A stretch of 64,000 nt of DNA from Eledone cirrhosa. Its lineage: Eukaryota. Under the pieces are notes generated by a model. That model was not told where the DNA came from. It ran no database searches and saw only the letters and a list, made by a program, of their open reading frames with translations. Positions 1 to 12,632 of the stretch are shown piece by piece (the first letter of the stretch is position 1; each line of letters starts with the position of its first letter). The position numbers and the translations under genes are program-made. The stretch lies in assembly GCA_964016885.1 (NCBI GenBank), contig OZ024757.1, positions 14,012,001 to 14,076,000 on the forward strand, read 5' to 3'.

Positions 1-2318
1 TCTGTAATATGGTCGTGTAGGTGTCACGACAAAAAGCACCCAGTCCACTCTGTAATGTGGTCGTGTAGGTGTCACGACAAAAAGCACCCAGTCCACTCTG
101 TAATGTGGTCGTGTAGGTGTCACGACAAAAGCACCCAGTCCACTCTGTAATATGGTCGTGTAGGTGTCACAACAAAAAGCACCCAGTCCACTCTGTAATG
201 TGGTCGTATAGGTGTCATGACAAAAAGCACCCAGTCCACTCTGTAATATGGTCGTGTAGGTGTCACAACAAAAAGCACCCAGTCCACTCTGTAATGTGGT
301 CGTGTAGGTGTCACGACAAAAAGCACCCAGTCCACTCTGTAATATGGTCGTGTAGGTGTCATGACAAAAAGCACCTAGTCCACTCTGTAATGTGGTCGTG
401 TAGGTGTCACGACAAAAAGCACCCAGTCCACTCTGTAATGTGGTCGTGTAGGTTTCACGACAAAAAGCACCCAGTCCACTCTGTAATGTGGTCGTGTAGG
501 TGTCACGACAAAAAGCACCCAGTCCACTCTGTAATGTGGTCGTGTAGGTGTCACGACAAAAAGCACCCAGTCCACTCTGTAATGTGGTCGTGTAGGTGTC
601 ACGACAAAAGCACCCAGTCCACTCTGTAATGTGGTCGTGTAGGTGTCACGACAAAAGCACCCAGTCCACTCTGTAATGTGGTCGTGTAGGTGTCATGACA
701 AAAAGCACCCAGTCCACTCTGTAATATGGTCGTGTAGGTGTCACAACAAAAAGCACCCAGTCCACTCTGTAATGTGGTCGTGTAGGTGTCACGACAAAAG
801 CACCCAGTCCACTCTGTAATATGGTCGTGTAGGTGTCACAACAAAAAGCACCCAGTCCACTCTGTAATGTGGTCGTGTAGGTGTCACGACTAAAAGCACC
901 CAGTCCACTCTGTAATGCGGTCGTGTAGGTGTCACAACAAAAAGCACCCAGTCCACTCTGTAATGTGGTCGTATAGGTGTCATGACAAAAAGCACCCAGT
1001 CCACTCTGTAATATGGTCGTGTAGGTGTCACAACAAAAAGCACCCAGTCCACTCTGTAATGTGGTCGTGTAGGTGTCACGACAAAAAGCACCCAGTCCAC
1101 TCTGTAATATGGTCGTGTAGGTGTCATGACAAAAAGCACCTAGTCCACTCTGTAATGTGGTCGTGTAGGTGTCACGACAAAAAGCACCCAGTCCACTCTG
1201 TAATGTGGTCGTGTAGGTGTCACGACAAAAAGCACCCAGTCCACTCTGTAATGTGGTCGTGTAGGTGTCACGACAAAAAGCACCCAGTCCACTCTGTAAT
1301 GTGGTCGTGTATGTGTCACGACAAAAAGCACCCAGTCCACTCTCTAATGTGGTCGTGTAGGTGTCACGACAAAAGCACCCAGTCCACTCTGTAATGTGGT
1401 CGTGTAGGTGTCATGACAAAAAGCACCCAGTCCACTCTGTAATATGGTCGTGTAGGTGTCACAACAAAAAGCACCCAGTCCACTCTGTAATGTGGTCGTG
1501 TAGGTGTCACGACAAAAGCACCCAGTCCACTCTGTAATATGGTCGTGTAGGTCTCACAACAAAAAGCACCCAGTCCACTCAGTAATGTGGTCGTGTAGGT
1601 GTCACGACTAAAAGCACCCAGTCCACTCTGTAATGCGGTCGTGTAGGTGTCACAACAAAAAGCACCCAGTCCACTCTGTAATGTGGTCGTATAGGTGTCA
1701 TGACAAAAAGCACCCAGTCCACTCTGTAATGTGGTCGTGTAGGTGTCACAACAAAAAGCACCCAGTCCACTCTGTAATGTGGTCGTGTAGGTGTCACGAC
1801 AAAAAGCACCCAGTCCACTCTGTAATATTGTCGTGTAGGTGTCACAACAAAAAGCACCCAGTCCACTCTGTAATGTGGTCGTGTAGGTGTCACGACAAAA
1901 AGCACCCAGTCCACTCTGTAATATGGTCGTGTAGGTGTCACGACAAAAAGCACCCAGTCCACTCTGTAATGTGGTCGTGTAGGTGTCACGACAAAAAGCA
2001 CCCAGTCCACTCTGTAATGTGGTCGTGTAGGTGTCACGACAAAAAGCACCCAGTCCACTCTGTAATGTGGTCGTGTAGGTGTCACGACAAAAGCACCCAG
2101 TCCACTCTGTAATGTGGTCGTGTAGGTGTCATGACAAAAAGCACCCAGTCCACTCTGTAATATGATCGTGTAGGTGTCACGACAAAAAGCACCCAGTCCA
2201 CTCTGTAATATGGTCATGTAGGTGTCACGACAAAAAGCACCCAGTCCACTCTGTAATATGGTCATGTAGGTGTCACAACAAAAGCACCCAGTCCACTCTG
2301 TAATATGGTCATGTAGGT
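1..2318 (+). repeat. 48-bp minisatellite derived from the RTE-LINE/SINE 3' subrepeat
   Basis: About 48 head-to-tail copies of cacccagtccactctgtaatgtggtcgtgtaggtgtcacgacaaaaag with no spacers; the same motif occurs in LINE 3'UTRs at 13216-13280 and 51228-51285. Confidence 0.92.
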
Positions 2319-2346
2319 GTGCTGGCTTTGTGCCTATAGAAGAAAT

Positions 2347-2736
2347 AGGGCGGTGGATTGGAAGTATCGGTAGAGGGTCGGACGCCATGCTTTGCAGCAT
2401 AGTTACGGCCCTTTATGATCTGAGTTCAAATCCCGCAGAGGTTAACTTGGTCTTTCATCCTTATGGGGGTCGATGAAATAAGGTACCAGTAATACACGGG
2501 ATAATTGCTGGCCTTGTGCCTAACGTAGAAACAATTATTATTATTTGGTGGATTGGAAGTATCGGTAGAGGGTCGGACGCCATGTTTTCTAGCATAGTTA
2601 CGTCCCTTTACTATCTGAGTTCAAACCCTGCCGAGGTTGACTTTGCCTTTCATCCTTACGGGGTCGATAAAATAAAGTACCAGTAATGCACTGGGTAATT
2701 GCTGGCCTTGTGCCTAAAGTAGAAACAATTATTATG
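2347..2736 (+). mobile_element. Two tandem tRNA-derived SINEs (Nin/Deu-domain-like family)
   Basis: A box tggaagtatcgg, B box gagttcaaatcc, central gcctttcatccttacggggtcgataaaataaagtaccag, (att)n tail. Confidence 0.8.
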
Positions 2737-2913
2737 GCCCGTGTGAATGGGCCTACTCTGACCGTGCGCCTATAGGCTAGCTAATTTGAGGAGGAGAAGG
2801 GTGCTTTCCCCGGGTGCGCTAGAAGTGCAGGGTGGTTCAGGATTGGTGGGGTACCTGAGTCACTCCTGCCCCCCCCCCCCCACCCCTATAGAGGAATTTA
2901 TTTTGTTATATAT

Positions 2914-3260
2914 GGAGGCACATGGCTTAGTGGTTAGAGCATTGGCCTTGCAATCGAAAGGTTGTGAGTTCAATTCTCAGACCGGATGATGTGTTGTTTC
3001 CTTGAGCAAGACACTTTATTTCACATTGCTCCAGTTTACTCAGCTGTAGAAATGAGATGATAGGGACTGGGGTCCCTATCATTCCACTGCAAAGTGGTCG
3101 TGGAGGTGCCACGGCAAAAAAGCACCCAGCACTCACTGTAAATGAGGTTGGTGTTAGGAAGGGCATCCAGCTGTAGAAATCAAGCCAGAATCAGTTCCCG
3201 TCCCACCCTTGCAAGCAGGGAAAAGCGGACGTAAAATGAAATGATGATGATGATGATGAT
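2914..3260 (+). mobile_element. Full-length tRNA-derived CORE-like SINE
   Basis: A box tggcttagtgg, B box gagttcaattc, CORE-like ccttgagcaagacacttt, LINE-shared 3' end, (gat)n tail; near-identical copies at 37790 and 54563. Confidence 0.85.
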
Positions 3261-3452
3261 ATTTATGCATAGTTTATTTTATATTTTTTATATCTTCATT
3301 GTTAAATTAATCTTGCCATTGTGCACTTTTACTCGACCCTATTGTAAACCCCCCACTGTCCCTGTCTTTGTATTGTCCCCTACATGTCGGCCCTTGTGGC
3401 CGATAAATGAAAATTTATTATTATTATATTATTATTATTTTATTCATTGCAG

Positions 3453-3681
3453 CTCCCTGCCAGAATGGAGGTACCTGTATTGATGGGGAAAACACGTTTA
3501 GCTGTAAATGTGTCACAGGTTTCGGTGGTTACCTCTGCAATACAGACATCAATGAGTGTAGCTCAAACCCATGTCTCAATGGTTCTACCTGTGAAGATTA
3601 CGTTAATTCATACACGTGCACCTGTAGGCCGGGTTTCAGTGGCACCCACTGCAACATTAACAACATTGACTGCACCGAAAG
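3453..3681 (+). CDS. Notch: Notch exon: EGF repeats ~24-26 (start)
   Basis: ttgcAG|ctccc ... gaaag|GTaact; [11 protein letters not shown]...[10 protein letters not shown]...DCTE; phase 1 in, phase 2 out. Confidence 0.95.
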
Positions 3682-3852
3682 GTAACTCATCTTATGTTGT
3701 ACATGTGCATTTGTGACTGATTGTGCATATATGCACAGAATTCAGAACACACACAACACACCACATATACATACAGTTGCATACATGCTCCCTCTCTGAA
3801 AATTTAATGTGTGAATTCATACATACACACATACACACACACAGTTGCTCTA

Positions 3853-4524
3853 CCCCTTTAGCATTCACATTACTCTGTATTTACTATTATATTTTTATGG
3901 TAAAGGCTTTATCTCTCATAATATTGAAGCTACGAGATTTCGATCTTATTTATTTTGAGAATGCTGTTTTGTATTTTTCAAGAATGTCTTGCTAATGTTT
4001 CATGCTAAGAGTTAACCCTTTAGCATTTAAACCAGCCATATCCGGCCAGAATTCTCACCTCTTTCTGTTCAAACTGGCTGTAACCGGCCGTAACTGGCTG
4101 CACATACTGACATTAAGGTATTGTTATCAAAATAAATATCAAAATCTCATAGATTCAATATTGTGTGAGATAATTATGTGAGGTAAATCCTTTGCCGTGA
4201 AAATGCAATAGTAAATATAGAGTAATGTAAATGCTAAAGGGTTAAACTGGCTGTGTCCGGCCAGAATTCTCTCACCTCTTTCTGTTCAAACCGGCTGTAA
4301 CTGTCCACTCATACTGATGTTAAGGTATTGTTATCAAAATAAATAATATCAAAATCTCATAGATTCGATGTTATGTGAGATTTTAAAGCCTTTATCACGA
4401 AAATATTGTTTCGTCATGTCTGAAATTTGTAGAAATTTGTTTTTTTTTCTACCAATTTCTACAAATCTGATACTTGACGACCCAAGACAATAGTAAATAT
4501 AGAATAACGTTTCATGCTAAAGGG
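3853..4524. mobile_element. Cluster of piggyBac-type MITE copies in mixed orientation
   Basis: ttaa-ccctttagcattt / aatgctaaaggg-ttaa termini; complete copy 4017-4241 plus partial copies on each side. Confidence 0.75.
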
Positions 4525-4567
4525 TTAATCTAATCTCTGGATTTGTTGTGTTTTTGTTTTCTCACAG

Positions 4568-4923
4568 CTCCTGTCTTAATGGTGGTACCTGCGTTGATGG
4601 GGTCAACACATATACCTGTCAGTGTCCCGCGGGTTACACTGGCTCCAACTGCCAGACGCTGATTCAAGCCTGTGACTCTAGCCCCTGTCAAGGTGGCGGA
4701 ACCTGTCAGAATCGGAACAACTCCTATTTTTGCATATGTCCGTATGGTCTGAAGGGACCCCGTTGCGACAAGTTTGTTGACTGGTGTTTGCAACAGTCGT
4801 GCCGCAATAACGCAAAGTGCACCCAGATTGCACACGAATTCAGGTGCGACTGTCAGGATGGTTGGACAGGTAAAACTTGTGACGTCCCCCTCACAACATG
4901 TGAAGTTGCTGCAAAAAGGAAAG
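4568..4923 (+). CDS. Notch: Notch exon: EGF ~26-29 (start)
   Basis: cacAG|ctcc ... aaag|GTatga; SSCLNGGTCVDG...TCDVPLTTCEVAAKRK, which matches the Notch EGF29 signature CEVAA. Confidence 0.95.
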
Positions 4924-5062
4924 GTATGATGAGATCTTTATCTATCTATCTTCCTGTCTATCACTATGTATCTCCCTCTCTCTCTCTCTCTATATATATA
5001 TAAATGTATCTCTCTCTCTATATATGTATCTCTCTCTCTATATATGTATATATATATATGTA

Positions 5063-5116
<54 letters not shown>

Positions 5117-5175
5117 TATATCTCTCTATATATATGTATCTCCCTCTCTCTCTCTCTATATATATGTATCTCCCC

Positions 5176-5212
<37 letters not shown>

Positions 5213-5334
5213 AATGTATCTCTCTCTCTATATATATATATATAAATGTATCTCTCTCTCTCTCTATATATATATATATAAATATATCTCTCTCTATATA
5301 TATGTATCTCCCTCTCTCTCTCTATATATATATG

Positions 5335-5377
<43 letters not shown>

Positions 5378-5486
5378 TTCTCTCTCTATATATATATATA
5401 TATAAATGTATCTCTCTCTCTATATATATATGTATATCTCTCTCTCTCTATAAATGTATCTCTCTCTCTATATATATATATATATA

Positions 5487-6037
5487 TTGGGTTGGTGCAT
5501 AATTATTGCGGCAAATCGGTAAAAATTCGGACACGTTCGGCTTTGTTGTTATCGGAGAGTTCGTGGGGGACCCACCCAGCCAATTTCCATACTTTTCCGA
5601 GCTTTTTGAGACGACGAACGATGGTCGAATGGTCCACATTAAAGTCTTCGGCCAACATTCTCGTTGTCAAGCTTTTGTCCTCTTCCACGGCTTCCAAAAG
5701 TGCCCGGTCATTGAAATTTGATGGTCGACCTCTTCCTTCTTCATCAGCAAGGTTTGTATCGCCCGATTTGAACTTCCTGAACCATCTTTCAACTTGGCTT
5801 TTGCTGATTGTTCCTTCACCAAAAAGTTCATTGAGATCGTGAATTGACTGAGGCTGCATTCCAACCTTTCTCGAGGCGGTAGAGCATAATATGACGAATG
5901 TGGATAGGATTTTCGATACGCATTCTGAAAAGAGAAAATCCGACCGCCATTTAAAGATGTTTTTGTTAAATATTCTTTTTGTTTTTGTTAAATAAAATTT
6001 GTTGAAAAAAAGCCGCAATAATTATGCACTAACCCAA
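5487..6037 (-). mobile_element. Internally deleted mariner (Hsmar1/cecropia-like TIR) transposon
   Basis: 26-bp TIRs ttgggttggtgcataattattgcggc (1 mismatch) with TA on both sides; transposase N-terminal HTH, GRP and WVPHEL motifs; frameshift near 5853; catalytic domain absent. Confidence 0.92.
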
Positions 6038-6163
6038 TATTTCTATATATATATATATATATATCGACATATATATATGTGTATATATATATACATATAT
6101 ATCCTAATGTATCTTTACCTCTCTGTCTCATCTTCATCTCTGTCTCTCTCACACTCAGTCTTC

Positions 6164-6194
<31 letters not shown>

Positions 6195-6277
6195 AATCAC
6201 TCTCCCCCTCGTAGTTCTTCTCCCACCTTCACTCACACCTCTCACCTCTCTCTCTCTCTCTCTCTCTCTGTATTCAG

Positions 6278-6829
6278 GTGTGACTGCCAACAATCTCTGT
6301 GCCAATGAAGGCCACTGCATCAACACGAACAACAGTCATGTGTGCCAGTGCCCTTCTGGGTTCGAGGGCAGCTACTGCATGACTGACATTGATGAGTGCG
6401 CCTCAGGCCCTTGCCAAAATGGGGGCTCCTGTATCAACATGGTCAACCAGTACAACTGCAACTGTGCCCGTGGCTTCCAAGGCAAAGACTGCGAGCTGAA
6501 CGTCAATGACTGCGCCAAGAACCCTTGCAAGCACGGTGGCACATGCCACGATCTGATCGACAGCTACATCTGTTCCTGTCCACCGGGTACCAAGGGGAAA
6601 CTCTGCGAAACCAACCTGAACGACTGCTTTGAAGGACTGTGTCACAATGGTGGAACCTGCCAGGACGAGGTTAATGGGTTCACCTGCAAGTGCCCGCCAG
6701 GTTTCGTCGGGAAAATATGTGAAGGTGACATTAACGAGTGCCTTGACAAACCTTGTGATCCTGTCGGCACGAGAGACTGTGTTCAACTGGTGGATGATTT
6801 CAGGTGTGAATGCAAGGATGGCTACGAAG
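6278..6829 (+). CDS. Notch: Notch exon: EGF ~29-33
   Basis: ttcAG|gtgtg ... gaag|GTaaga; GVTANNLC...DINECLDKPCDPVGTRDCVQLVDDFRCEC (EGF33 signature). Confidence 0.95.
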
Positions 6830-6879
6830 GTAAGAGTTTCTGTTTGATGGAATCTTTATAAAAATGGAGGGAATAATAT

Positions 6880-6886
6880 ATACACT

Positions 6887-6925
<39 letters not shown>

Positions 6926-7300
6926 ACAGATATGCTCACATACACACGTAGATGCTCACACGCACACATATACAGATGCACTCTCACACATACACACGTA
7001 GATGCTCACACGCACACATATACAGATGCACTCTCACACACTCACACACACACACACACACACAGATATGCTCACATACACACGTATACAAATGCACTCT
7101 CACACACACACACTCACACATATGCTCACATACACACATGCTCACATACACACGTAGATACTCACACGCACACATATACAGATGCACTCACACACACAAA
7201 CACGCACTCACACACAGGCATGCTCACACACTCACACACGTTCACACACACGCACTCTCGCACACTCACACACACACACACATACAGACATACAGATGCA

Positions 7301-7341
<41 letters not shown>

Positions 7342-7625
7342 ATGCTCACATACACACGTAGATGCTCATACGCACACATATACAGATGCACTCTCACACA
7401 CACACACACTCACACACAAACACACGCACTCACACACAGACACGCTCACACTCACACACGTTCACACACACGCACTCTTGCACACACACTCTAATACAGA
7501 CATACAGATACACTCTCACATGCATGCACACTCACACACACAAGCACACGCACTCACACACAGACACATTCACACACACACACGCATACGCACTCACATA
7601 CACACTCATACACAGACACACACTA
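6880..7625. repeat. Degenerate (CA)n compound microsatellite
   Basis: CA-rich block with a recurring tagatgctcaca motif. Confidence 0.9.
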
Positions 7626-7719
7626 AAAATGTCTGAAAATTTAATAGGCCGCAGGGAGGGATGAGATAATTATTCAAGACCTGAGAGTAATTACATCATT
7701 ATTTCATGTGTTTTGGCGA

Positions 7720-8705
7720 GGGTGGTGGATTGGCAATATCGGTAGAGGGTCAGACGCCATGCTAGTGTGGTGGATTGGCAGTATCGGTAGAGGGTCAGAA
7801 GCCATGCTAGGGTGGTAGATTGGCAGTATCGGTAGAGGGTCAGACGCCATGCTAGTGTGGTGGATTGGCAGTATCGGTAGAGGGTCAGACGCCATGCTAG
7901 GGTGGTAGATTGGCAGTATCGGTAGAGGGTCGGACGCCATGCTAGGGTGGTAGATTGGCAGTATCGGTAGAGGGTCAGACGCCATGCTAGGGTGGTGGAT
8001 TGGCAGTATCGGTAGAGGGTCGGACGCCATGCTAGGGTGGTAGATTGGCAGTATCGGTAGAGGGTCAGACGCCATGCTAGGGTGGTGGATTGGCAGTATC
8101 GGTAGAGGGTCAGACGCCATGCTAGGGTGGTGGATTGACAGTATCGGTAGAGGGTCAGACGCCATGCTAGGGTGGTAGATTGGCAGTATCGGTAGAGGGT
8201 CAGACGCCATGCTAGGGTGGTGGATTGGCAGTATCGGTAGAGGGTCAGACGCCATGCTAGGGTGGTGAATTGGCAGTATCGGTAGAGGGTCAGACGCCAT
8301 GTTAGGGTGGTGGATTGGCAGTGTCGGTAGAGGGTCAGACGCCATGCTAGGGTGGTAGATTGGCAGTATCAGTAGAGGGTCAGACGCCATGCTAGGGTGG
8401 TGGATTGGCAGTATCGGTAGAGGGTCAGATGCCATGCTAGGGAGGTGGATTGGCAGTATCGGTAGAGGGTCAGACGCCATGCTAGGGTGGTGGATTGGCA
8501 GTATCGGTAGAGGGTCAGACGCCGTGCTAGGGTGGTAGATTGGCAGTATCGGTAGAGGGTCAGACGCCATGCTAGGGTGGTAGATTGGCAGTATCAGTAG
8601 AGGGTCAGACGCCATGCTAGGGTGGTAGATTGGCAGTATCAGTAGAGGGTCAGACGCCATGCTAGGGTGGTAGATTGGCAGTATCAGTAGAGGGTCAGAC
8701 GCCAT
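7720..8705 (+). repeat. 45-bp tandem array of a SINE 5' head (about 22 copies)
   Basis: Unit ggtggtggattggcagtatcggtagagggtcagacgccatgctag; the last unit runs into the SINE body at 8701. Confidence 0.92.
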
Positions 8706-9362
8706 GCTTTGCAGCATAGTTACAACCCTTTATGGTCTGAGTTCAGATCACGCCAAGGCTAACTTTTCCTTTCATCCTTATGGGGTCGATAAAATAAAGT
8801 ACCAGTCATGCACTGGGGTCGATTTAATCCACTTTCCCCTCCCCCCAAAATTGCTGGCCTTGTGCCTATTGTAGAAACTATTATTATTATTATTTGAATT
8901 GGCAGTATCGGTAAAGGGTCAGATGCCATGCTTTGATGCATAGAGTTACGGCCCTTTCCATTTTTAGCTCAAATCTCGCCGAGGTTAACTTTGCCTTTCA
9001 TCCTTACGGGGTCGATAAAGTAAAGTACCAGTAATACACTGGGATAATTGCTGGCCTTGTGCCAAAAGTAGAAACAATTATTAATATTTTTGTTTGTTTT
9101 TGAGATGTTTTACTTGATGTTCAAGTCAGCTAAAATTTCTTTGTTTAGATGGGTTGTGCCTATATAAGAAATCATTTGGCAGTATCGGTAGAGGGTCGGA
9201 CGGACGCCATGCTTTGCTGCATAGATATACGGCCCTTTATGGTCTGAGTTCAAATCCCGCCAAGGTTAACTTTGCCTTTCATCCTTACTGGGTCGATAAA
9301 ATAAAGTACCAGTAATGTACTGAGATAACTGCTGGCCTTGTGCCAAAAGTAGAAACAATTAT
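8700..9362 (+). mobile_element. Three consecutive Nin-like SINE copies
   Basis: Copies at about 8700-8893, 8899-9082 and 9175-9362, each with a B box and the central domain. Confidence 0.82.
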
Positions 9363-9464
9363 CTTATCTGTAATGTATTCTATATAACCGTCTAACCCAT
9401 GCTAGCACGGTGGTGATGATGATGATGATGATATTTTGAGCTTTTTTTTTTTTTTTTTTTTCAG

Positions 9465-9580
9465 GCAAGACCTGTTCAACTCAGGTTGTCTGTAAGGACT
9501 GTGTTACACAACCCCAATGTTACACCAACCAGTGTTTAAATGCAGGAAAATGTGTTGCTGGTATCTGCAAGTGTGAGCAG
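9465..9580 (+). CDS. Notch: Notch exon: end of EGF33, CxxC linker, short EGF (not in ORF track)
   Basis: polyT-cAG|gcaag ... gagcag|GTatgt; GKTCSTQVVCKDCVTQPQCYTNQCLNAGKCVAGICKCEQ; phases 1/0 fit both neighbours. Confidence 0.9.
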
Positions 9581-9674
9581 GTATGTTGATTCTGCTTTGC
9601 TTTCAGACTTTCAAAAAATTCATCTTTTATAACCCTTGCATAAAATTATGATGTAAGTTTTTTTTTCAGATAAA

Positions 9675-9924
9675 TATGTGTATATATAAATATATATATA
9701 TGTATATATATATGGATGTATATGTGTATATGTATATATATATGGATGTATATGTGTATATGTATATATATATATGTATATGTGTGTGTATATGTGTATA
9801 TGTATATATCTATATGTGTATATGTATATATATGTGTATATATATATATGTGTATATGTATATATGTATATATCTATATATGTGTATATGTATATATCTA
9901 TATATGTGTATATATATATATATA

Positions 9925-9957
<33 letters not shown>

Positions 9958-10474
9958 GTGTATATATATATATATGTGTATATGTATATATATATATGTG
10001 TATATATATATATATATATATGTGTATATGTATATATATATGTCTATATGTATATATATATGTGTATATGTATATATATATGTCTATATGTATATATATA
10101 TGTCTATATGTATATATATATGTGTATATGTATATATATATGTGTATATGTATATATCTATGTATATGTATATATCTATATATGTGTATATGTATATATA
10201 TATATGTGTATATGTATATATATATATGTGTATATGTATATATATATATATGTGTATATGTATATATATATATGTGTATATGTGTATATGTATATATATA
10301 TATATGTGTATATGTATATATATATATATATATGTGTATATATATGTGTATATGTATATATATATATATATGTGTGTATATATATGTGTATATGTATATA
10401 TATATATATATATATGTGTATATGTATATATATATGTATATATATATATATATATGTGTATATGTATATATATA

Positions 10475-10507
<33 letters not shown>

Positions 10508-10852
10508 ATATATATGTATATGTATATATATGTGTATATGTATATATATATGTATATGTATATATATGTATATGTATATATATGTGTATATGTATATATA
10601 TATGTATATATGTATATATATATATGTGTGTATATGTATATATATATGTATATGTATATATATGTGTATATGTATATATATATGTATATATGTATATATA
10701 TATATATGTGTATATGTATATATATATGTGTATATGTATATATATGTATATATATATATATGTGTATATGTATATATATATGTGTATATGTATATATATA
10801 TGTGTATATGTATATATATATATATGTGTATATGTATATATATGTGTATATG

Positions 10853-10886
<34 letters not shown>

Positions 10887-12386
10887 TGTGTATATGTGTA
10901 TATGTATATATATATATGTGTATATGTATATATATATGTATATATATATATATATGTGTATATATATATATATGTGTATATATATATATATATATATGTG
11001 TATATATATATATGTGTATATATATATATATGTGTGTGTATATATATATATATATGTGTATATGTATATATATATATATATGTGTATATGTATATATATA
11101 TATATATGTGTATATGTATATATATATGTGTATGTGTATATATATATATGTGTATATGTATATATATATATGTGTATATGTATATATATATATGTGTATA
11201 TGTATATATATATGTGTATATGTATATATATATATGTGTATATGTATATATATATATGTGTATATGTATATATATATGTGTATATGTATATATATATATG
11301 TGTATATGTATATATATATATGTGTATATGTATATATATATGTGTATATGTATATATATATATGTGTATATGTATATATATATGTGTATATGTATATATA
11401 TATATGTGTATATGTATATATATATATGTGTATATGTATATATATATATGTGTATATGTATATATATATATGTGTATATGTATATATATATATGTGTATA
11501 TGTATATATATATATGTGTATATGTATATATATATATGTGTATATGTATATATATATATGTGTATATGTATATATATATATGTGTATATGTATATATATA
11601 TATATATATGTGTGTATATGTATATATATATATATATGTATATGTGTGTGTATATGTATATATATATGTATATGTGTGTGTATATGTATATATATATGTA
11701 TATGTGTGTGTATATGTATGTGTGTGTATATGTATTTATGTGTGTATATGTATATATATATATGTATATGTGTGTGTATATATGTATATGTGTATATATA
11801 TATATATGTATATGTGTGTGTATATATGTGTATATATATATGTATATGTGTGTATATATGTGTATATATATATATGGATGTGTATATATATATGTATATG
11901 TGTGTATATATGTGTATATATATATATGGATGTATATACATATATATATATATGCGTGTGTATATATATGTATATACATATATATATGCGTATATATATG
12001 TGTATGCATATATATATATATATATACGCATACACACATATATATACGCATATATATATATATATATATATATGCATATACACATATATACACACATATA
12101 CATATATATATATATATGTATATGTGTATATATGAGTGTATATATGTACATGTGCATATGCATATACATATATATGTAGTTGTATATATGTGTATATGCA
12201 TATATATGTCTATTTATATGTATATATATGTATGTGTCTGTATATATGGGTATATGCATATATATGTCTATATATGTATATATATGTGTGTGTCTGTATA
12301 TACGTGTATATGCATATATATGTATGCCAATATATGTATGTATATATATATATATGTGTATGCCAATATATGTATGCCAATATATG

Positions 12387-12427
<41 letters not shown>

Positions 12428-12456
12428 GCATATATATGTATGCCAATATATGTATG

Positions 12457-12503
<47 letters not shown>

Positions 12504-12528
12504 GCATATATATGTATGCCAATATATG

Positions 12529-12570
<42 letters not shown>
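9675..12570. repeat. 2.9-kb (TA)n/(TG) microsatellite filling a Notch intron
   Basis: Almost pure tatatg/tata units. Confidence 0.95.
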
Positions 12571-12632
12571 TGTTGATGAACAGTAAATTTTATCATAAAA
12601 ATCTCAACTCTTTCCGTTACCTGTAAATGCAG

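Noticed and set aside
1-2318. CRISPR-like array or His/Cys-repeat protein ORFs
   Set aside because: Units abut with no unique spacers, there are no cas genes, and the context is a eukaryotic intron; the ORFs simply reflect the 48-bp period.
2914-2990. tRNA gene
   Set aside because: A and B boxes belong to a SINE head that continues into CORE and LINE-derived tail; there is no proper acceptor stem or terminator.
6403-6786. Antisense ORFs over Notch exons (also 4530-4835, 15243-15491, 29581-29922, 30049-30502)
   Set aside because: Shadow frames of coding sequence with no independent features.
7704-8717. 337-aa MASDPLPILPIHHPS repeat protein
   Set aside because: Antisense reading of the 45-bp SINE-head array.
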